Positions 57,964 to 64,000 of a stretch of DNA of 64,000 nt are shown in pieces (position 1 is the first letter of the stretch; each line of letters opens with the position of its first letter). A program made the translations under genes and the position numbers. The notes under the pieces were generated by a model. The model was given only the letters and a program-made list of their open reading frames with translations, was not told the DNA's origin and ran no database searches. The DNA is taken from positions 2,720,001 to 2,784,000 of the forward strand of contig OZ244048.1 of the NCBI GenBank assembly GCA_965215265.1, given 5' to 3'. This DNA comes from Candidatus Poribacteria bacterium (GTDB lineage: Bacteria; Poribacteria; WGA-4E; WGA-3G).

Positions 57964-59382
57964 ATGGCTTTATCACAAAAGCATCCGAACCTCATCTACG
58001 TTTTCGCAGATCAGCTCCGGTATCAGTCGTGTGGGTATGCGGGTGATGTGAGAGCGTACACGCCCAACATAGACCTGCTTGCTACAGAAGGCGCGAATTT
58101 CTGCAGTGCTGTCTCCGGGAGTCCGATGTGCGCGCCGTATCGTGCCTCGCTCTTTACCGGCAAATACGCCAGCAGTACCGGCATGGCGATTAATGAACTC
58201 CGGATGAACCCGAACCACGACTGCTTCGGACATGTCTTGCACCGGAACGGTTATCAGACAAGTTACATCGGAAAATGGCATCTCTGGGCAAATCAATTGG
58301 GAAATCATCATGAGTCTCAGAATTCTTATATTCCGCCGGGCCCGTATAGACTCGGTTTTGATGGGGATTGGGCAGCGTACAATTTCCATCACCGTTATTT
58401 TGATGCCTATTATCATAGAGACACGCGTGAAAAAATTCCAATTCCGGGCTATGAACCTGATGGTCAGACAGATTTGGCGATTCAGTCCGTTCGACAGATG
58501 GCATCCGCAGATAAACCGTTCGCTTTGTTCCTTTCAATCGGCACCCCACATGACCCATGGACACAGGATAACGTCCCGTCTGCTGATTATCAGAGGTTCA
58601 AGGAAGTTGAGTTTGCACTCCCGCCCAATTATCGTGCTCAAAACGACCGTTATGGTGATAGCTGGGCACAGATGTCGGCTAGGGAGCGTGCTAATCTGCC
58701 GGAATGGATGCGCGTCTATTACGCCATGACAACGAATTTGGATCGAAATATAGGAAGGTTACTTCGGACGGTTGATGAGCTCAGGCTGCGCAACAATACA
58801 ATTTTTGTTTTCACGTCTGACCACGGGGAAATGTTCGGTGCCCAAGGCCGCCGCGCGAAAAACATTTTTTATGAGGAAGCCGTCCGCATCCCATTTCTCA
58901 TCCGGTGGCAAGGTAATATCCCGGAATCACACGTGTCCACCGCCTGTCTCAATACGCCGGACATCATGCCCACGCTCTTGTCACTGATGAGCCTGCCGAT
59001 TCCGAATGCTGTTGAGGGCACAGATCTGAGCGGTGCCGCTTTGAATCAGCCGTCTGAGCAACCAGATGCCGCGTTCATGCAAGGAATGGGATGCACTGCG
59101 AAATGGGAAGATGGCTTCGAGTGGCGTGCGCTACGGACAGGGCAGCATACCTACGCCGTTCATCGCGCAGATGGAACCGAGAAACTCTTCGATAACGCAT
59201 CGGACCCCTTTCAAACGCACAATCTCATTGATGACAGCACATCTGTATCACTTCGAGACGAATTCCGGGAAATGTTAAAGTGCCGTATGGACGCACTTAA
59301 TGATACTTTTGAGGCGTGTACGTGGTACCGGGACAATTGGACTGAGAATCGAGTTATTCTGCGCACAGCAACGTTAACATAA
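57964..59382 (+). CDS. Sulfatase (S1 family)
   Basis: PNLIYVFADQLR, PMCAPYRASLFTG, GKWH, PHDPW, TSDHGEM. Confidence 0.93.
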   Translation: MALSQKHPNLIYVFADQLRYQSCGYAGDVRAYTPNIDLLATEGANFCSAVSGSPMCAPYRASLFTGKYASSTGMAINELRMNPNHDCFGHVLHRNGYQTSYIGKWHLWANQLGNHHESQNSYIPPGPYRLGFDGDWAAYNFHHRYFDAYYHRDTREKIPIPGYEPDGQTDLAIQSVRQMASADKPFALFLSIGTPHDPWTQDNVPSADYQRFKEVEFALPPNYRAQNDRYGDSWAQMSARERANLPEWMRVYYAMTTNLDRNIGRLLRTVDELRLRNNTIFVFTSDHGEMFGAQGRRAKNIFYEEAVRIPFLIRWQGNIPESHVSTACLNTPDIMPTLLSLMSLPIPNAVEGTDLSGAALNQPSEQPDAAFMQGMGCTAKWEDGFEWRALRTGQHTYAVHRADGTEKLFDNASDPFQTHNLIDDSTSVSLRDEFREMLKCRMDALNDTFEACTWYRDNWTENRVILRTATLT

Positions 59383-59494
59383 AATCGATTTGGCATCGTC
59401 TCGGTAAAGGGGTGCTATGCTAAAGATTGCACCTACGACGGTTGCATCTCTCCAATTCGTTTCACGGTAAATCAACTAGAATTTGAAAAAAAAC

Positions 59495-60298
59495 ATGGTA
59501 CGACAAGAAAACAGCAGCGACAAAGATATTGGTGGTGAATATCCATCAAGTCCCTCACGGCAAGCGCTAGAGTTTACGGATATCTTGGACGTAGCATTCA
59601 GCCTCTATCGGAACCACTCCTCCCTATTTTTAGGTCCCATCATTGTCCATCTGGTTGGGACGGCTATCTTAATAGAAGTGATTCCAACTCCCCTTGGATT
59701 TGGTATAGCATTACCATTTTTCCTAATAGGATCCGGGGGGCTTGTTTTCGCAAGCGCCCAAACCTACCTCGGGAGAGACATCACAATACGAGCCGCCTTG
59801 AGGCAAACTGTACGCCAATTTTGGCTGCTCTTAGGCACTTTTCTAGTCTGGGTTTTAGTTGTATGCGGATTGGCTTTAACACTCATTGGTATCCCGGTCG
59901 CAATTTATTTTGCAATTCGATGTTTTTTTTTCTTTCAAGTTGTTTTAATAGAGGAGACCTCAATACGGAATGCGCTAAGGCGGAGTCGCGATTTGGTTTC
60001 CCAAACGTGGTGGCGTATCTTTGGAATGATGCTAGGGATTCTATTCTTCATCTGGGCGATTCACTCTATCCTTGAGTTCTCTATAGGATTTATCCTGAGT
60101 TTGACAGGACTTCTTAAGGATATAGACTTTGTAGAACTGATCAGATGGGCGATTTGGGAATTACCTGATGATGGAATAGAATTGCGCTCTGATGTGATAC
60201 TGTCTTTGATTCGCCTAGCAGTTTGCACGCTCTCGGATTCTATTATGATTATTGGGCTGACGGTTCTTTACTTCGATCAGCGCCACCGGAAAGAGTAA
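59495..60298 (+). CDS. Integral membrane protein
   Basis: DILDVAFSLYR, several TM helices, ALRRSRDLV..WWR, LYFDQR. Confidence 0.75.
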   Translation: MVRQENSSDKDIGGEYPSSPSRQALEFTDILDVAFSLYRNHSSLFLGPIIVHLVGTAILIEVIPTPLGFGIALPFFLIGSGGLVFASAQTYLGRDITIRAALRQTVRQFWLLLGTFLVWVLVVCGLALTLIGIPVAIYFAIRCFFFFQVVLIEETSIRNALRRSRDLVSQTWWRIFGMMLGILFFIWAIHSILEFSIGFILSLTGLLKDIDFVELIRWAIWELPDDGIELRSDVILSLIRLAVCTLSDSIMIIGLTVLYFDQRHRKE

Positions 60299-60350
60299 GT
60301 AGCGTTGCACCAGACGAAGCCTCAGTTTTACGCCCTACGCACCGAATTTA

Positions 60351-62261
60351 CTACAGTTCTCTTTCAGTAATTCCGAAGAATTTATCGGTTACGCGGCGTT
60401 TATGATATAGATTCAGCACATCGCGTTCAATCCGGGCGTTCACCCTTCTGCCATCCGTGAAGGTTACCTGAAATTGCGTGTCTGATTCCTGTGCGACGTT
60501 CTCTATTTTTGGCAAGGGTATCTGTTTTTGAGTTGCCCATTCCTGAATCAATTTTGCAATCGTCTGCTCGTCATTTGGGGGCGGAACAGATTCCTGCAAT
60601 TCGATACTGAAGGCTGGCACGTTCTTATTGACGTAGTTAAACCAGCGGCTAGTTCTCAGGAAGGGGACGAGTGCTCGCAGCGCTTCGGTGCCCCCAATTC
60701 GACTTAACGCCTCTGCAGAAAATCCGCGGACGTACGCCGATTCGCTCCTGAGTGCATCTCGTAGGGCCGGGATTGCTGCGGCTGCCTCGGGCCCAATGCG
60801 CGTCAACGCTTGCGCTGCAAAGAATCCTAAATCTGTATTTTCGCTGTTTTCTAACACTTTAATCAAAGCAGGTACTGTCTTGGTAGTAGGAATTTTAATC
60901 ATCCCCAATGCCGAGGTGGCATGTCGGCGTACTGCGTCGGACGCATCAGTTAACAATGTGGTGAGCGTATCGACTGCGTCGGCTGCTGCCGGTCCGATTT
61001 CGCCTAAGGCGTAGGCGGCGGATGCGCGCACGTTTTCTCGGCTATCGTTCAGAGCCGTTTTGAGTGCAGGCACTGCGGAGGCCCCGCTGGCTGCGAGCCC
61101 GTGTGCCGCATCACAGATATGGAGAATCGGCTCCATCTCAAACGCCTCTTCTTCTGAAGCGAGTTCCTCAACGAGAGGTTCAACCGCTGCTTCCCCGATT
61201 GCCCCGAGCGCATAGATAGCATTTCTGCGCACCGGTTCGTAGTTATCTTTAAGCGCATCGATTAAGGCAGGTGTGACATCCGCTGCCCTTTGCCGCATGA
61301 ATCCTAATACGTTCGCGGCTTTCATGCGAATTGCCGGCTCCGGGTGCTTCAAATTCGCTACACATGATGCCATGTCACCAATCCCATTCGCATTTGGGCG
61401 ATTCGTCTCGTATAAATCAGTTTTCCCATACATCCAATTCCACATATAAGTCCACAGAATCTCTGCATCATAAGGAACGTGGTTGATTTCAGGGGGCTGC
61501 CAATGAACAGTGTCGCTGTTCCAAGAAGGCGCGGTCGGCTGTTCAGTTCGCATAAAGACGAATTTCATGCCGTAACGATTCATGGAAAGATAGTTCTGAA
61601 GGAACGAATGCACCATATCAAAGTGCATAATCCACACGGTGCCGAGCTGGCCGGACATCGGGACCACGGTCGGATTGACGTAATTATCGGCCGGCAATAA
61701 GGTACGGCAATCTTTACCTTTAGCGTGCGCAGTGTGTCTTTCAAGCTGGCCATTCTGAAATTCCCGAATGTATTGTGTCCCCGGAATGATGCATGTCGGG
61801 CCTTGTTCTGCGAAGCAGGGCTGCGGATAATAGAAAAGAATCGCCCAACGCGGTGTCCGGTGCCGAGGACGTTTGCCTCCAGCGTGCCCATCTTTATGGA
61901 GCGGCATCATCAAACGTTCTTCGCCTGCCTCTTTTGCCCCCGGTGTACTACCCGCAAAGTTCGGATGGCAATGCCGATGCGGATGCATCACATATCCATT
62001 TCCCAAAATGCTCGTCAGGGCCCCGCGTACCTCCGGAGACTCCAAAACAACCTCAAGTTCCGGCACCAATGGTAGAATGTTATTGAGCGGATTATGTTGC
62101 CTATCGCCGCGGAAATCCACAGCTCCAGCAAAGAGCTCATCAGTTTTCTGATAGATGGTGTCATGAATTGTTGTTGGCACGTCAGCGGTGACGTTCACAT
62201 ACCCGTTTACAATAAAATGGCGGATCTGTTCATCATTTAAAAGTTTCTGCGTATCTTTCAT
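60351..62261 (-). CDS. PhyH dioxygenase domain fused to HEAT (PBS lyase-like) repeats
   Basis: HFIVNGY, LHKD, GPTCIIPGTQ, HFDMVH; repeats VRRNAIYALG and VRASAAYALG. Confidence 0.85.
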   Translation of the reverse strand: MKDTQKLLNDEQIRHFIVNGYVNVTADVPTTIHDTIYQKTDELFAGAVDFRGDRQHNPLNNILPLVPELEVVLESPEVRGALTSILGNGYVMHPHRHCHPNFAGSTPGAKEAGEERLMMPLHKDGHAGGKRPRHRTPRWAILFYYPQPCFAEQGPTCIIPGTQYIREFQNGQLERHTAHAKGKDCRTLLPADNYVNPTVVPMSGQLGTVWIMHFDMVHSFLQNYLSMNRYGMKFVFMRTEQPTAPSWNSDTVHWQPPEINHVPYDAEILWTYMWNWMYGKTDLYETNRPNANGIGDMASCVANLKHPEPAIRMKAANVLGFMRQRAADVTPALIDALKDNYEPVRRNAIYALGAIGEAAVEPLVEELASEEEAFEMEPILHICDAAHGLAASGASAVPALKTALNDSRENVRASAAYALGEIGPAAADAVDTLTTLLTDASDAVRRHATSALGMIKIPTTKTVPALIKVLENSENTDLGFFAAQALTRIGPEAAAAIPALRDALRSESAYVRGFSAEALSRIGGTEALRALVPFLRTSRWFNYVNKNVPAFSIELQESVPPPNDEQTIAKLIQEWATQKQIPLPKIENVAQESDTQFQVTFTDGRRVNARIERDVLNLYHKRRVTDKFFGITEREL

Positions 62262-62388
62262 AATGTCTCTTTCTATTTTTGGCGTGTTCAGGCTTATCGT
62301 TTAAAACGAGAGATACTAAGAATCCGTTCGGCTCGATAAGGGAGCGGCTATCACGCTTTTGTCGTTCCGTATTCGTCGTCTACAAAAA

Positions 62389-63354
62389 TCAATACCATGC
62401 TGCCTTGTTCACCACATTTTGCAACGGCTCACCTGCAGCAAACCGACGTGCATTTTCTAAGAGAATCTTGAACCTACGTTCCGGAATATTTTCGGCATCT
62501 TTAACAGCAATATGGGGTGTGAGCAGCACGTTCGGCAACTTCCACAGTGGACTCTCCGCGGGTAACGGCTCGACTTCAAACACGTCCAAACCACCCCCTG
62601 CAATGATGCCCTGCTCCAGTGCTTCAACCAGTTCGTTCAGTTTTGTCGTCTTGCCACGGCCGATATTGATGAAATAGGCGCTGCGTTTCATCCGGGCAAA
62701 GCGATTTTTGCTCCACATCCCTTCCGTTTCCGGCGTGTGCGGTGTCGTCGTGATGACAAAGTCTGCACGCGGTAGGAGCGCATCAAGCGCCTCCGGTTCA
62801 TGTTGTTCAACAAATGGGACATCGTATTCCCATCTCGCATCGACACCTATAACCGTCATGCCAAATTCCGTGCAAAGACGGGCTGTTTCATGCCCGATAC
62901 CGCCAACACCCACAATCAACGCAGTTGCCTCTGCTAGGTCTATATAGTCTTTTTTACGTGCATTTTTGTCCCAGATGCCTCGACGTTGTGCATCCATATA
63001 ATACGGCAGTCCACGAGCAAGTGCAAGCACGAACATCATAATATGTTGTGCAATATGATCGTTGTAGATACCGCGCGGATTACAGACTATCAGAGGATGT
63101 TCGATTAACGCTTGATAATAATAGCCCGGGAAAGGGCCCGCTGCCGGGTTCTGTAACCAGCGTAAGTTGTTGGCAAATTTGAGTTGTTCTGGCGAAACCC
63201 AACCGTAGACAGCATCCGTATCAGGGAGGTGCTCCAAAACTTCTGCATCTGTTTTTGGTAAGACGACAGTATACGCCGGCAGCTCGCTGTGGAGACGCTC
63301 TGCCCATTCTTGTGACTCGGTATTTTGCGGGGGCATCATTATTAATTTTGGCAC
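62389..63354 (-). CDS. D-2-hydroxyacid dehydrogenase family protein
   Basis: IVGVGGIG, FINIGRG, GLDVFEVEPL, NVLLTPHIA; GTG start at 63354 after an SD. Confidence 0.92.
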   Translation of the reverse strand: MPKLIMMPPQNTESQEWAERLHSELPAYTVVLPKTDAEVLEHLPDTDAVYGWVSPEQLKFANNLRWLQNPAAGPFPGYYYQALIEHPLIVCNPRGIYNDHIAQHIMMFVLALARGLPYYMDAQRRGIWDKNARKKDYIDLAEATALIVGVGGIGHETARLCTEFGMTVIGVDARWEYDVPFVEQHEPEALDALLPRADFVITTTPHTPETEGMWSKNRFARMKRSAYFINIGRGKTTKLNELVEALEQGIIAGGGLDVFEVEPLPAESPLWKLPNVLLTPHIAVKDAENIPERRFKILLENARRFAAGEPLQNVVNKAAWY

Positions 63355-63799
63355 AATTCTGTTCCTCTTTTTTCGGATGCAATATGTTCGAAGATATAAG
63401 CCAAACAGACAGCGGCGAAACACATCAGAGCCTCTCCTTATTTTTCAGACGTGTTCGAGGCCCTCTGCACTGCTCTTATATGTATAGTATACCGCTTTTT
63501 GAATTCTTTTTCAACTGAGAACGATTTTGCTGTTGGCCTTTCAACGTAGGTGCAAGAATTGAGCGAACCTTATCTGTCCTTGACTTTAAATGGAAAGATA
63601 TAGTATACTTTGGGCAAAGGTTAACATCTCATTGAATTCAGAATCTGCAGGAAAACCTATGACACTTGAAGGAGAGTGGTTGCAGAAGTAGTTTGATATT
63701 TCTTCAAACTCAAAGGAGCCTTGTGCACTTTGATAGCGAAGGCTATCTCCTTACCCTTGACGCTTGCAAGTAGAATATTGAGATGTTTGAGGACTTGTT

Positions 63800-64000
63800 A
63801 TGGGTTATGTCTACATTTTGGAAAATGATTTAATGCCGGGGCTGATAAAAATTGGCCACACATCCAAAACGCCAGAGGAACGAGTTAAGGAACTTTCAGC
63901 CCCAACAGGCGTGCCAACTCCATTTAAGGTTGCTTTTAAGTTACCGTCCGAGAAATATAAAGAACTTGAAAAGGAGATGCACCGCAAACTTTCTGACTAC
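63800..64000 (+). CDS. T5orf172/GIY-YIG domain protein (runs off the right edge)
   Basis: Own translation MGYVYILENDLMPGLIKIGHTSKTPEERVKELSAPTGVPTPF...EKEMHRKL. Confidence 0.8.
   Translation, partial: MGYVYILENDLMPGLIKIGHTSKTPEERVKELSAPTGVPTPFKVAFKLPSEKYKELEKEMHRKLSDY

Overview
Bacterial chromosomal window of moderate GC. The gene content (many sulfatases, PhyH dioxygenases, Gfo/Idh/MocA oxidoreductases, and secreted WD40/LRR proteins ending in a 'PNPFNPETWIPY' FlgD-like domain) suggests Candidatus Poribacteria, a sponge symbiont; this is an inference. Housekeeping genes are uvrC, trmB, glnD, nadC and two tandem dnaN paralogs. Accessory content includes catabolic clusters, eukaryote-like repeat proteins, three Rpn/YhgA-like PD-(D/E)XK genes, a Fic gene, a split type III-like DNA methyltransferase, and IS1 and toxin remnants. 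Main candidates for new biology: (1) an Rpn gene enclosed by perfect 20-bp terminal inverted repeats and a degenerate 11-bp target duplication; (2) a dispersed ~61-bp-arm palindromic element family that forms tandem arrays, abuts start codons and replaced one gene's 3' end; (3) tandem beta-clamp paralogs that differ at partner-binding-pocket positions; (4) a promoter-driven, highly structured ~290-nt RNA candidate; (5) a poly-G phase-variable methyltransferase candidate. All calls were made by eye from the sequence, with no database searches.
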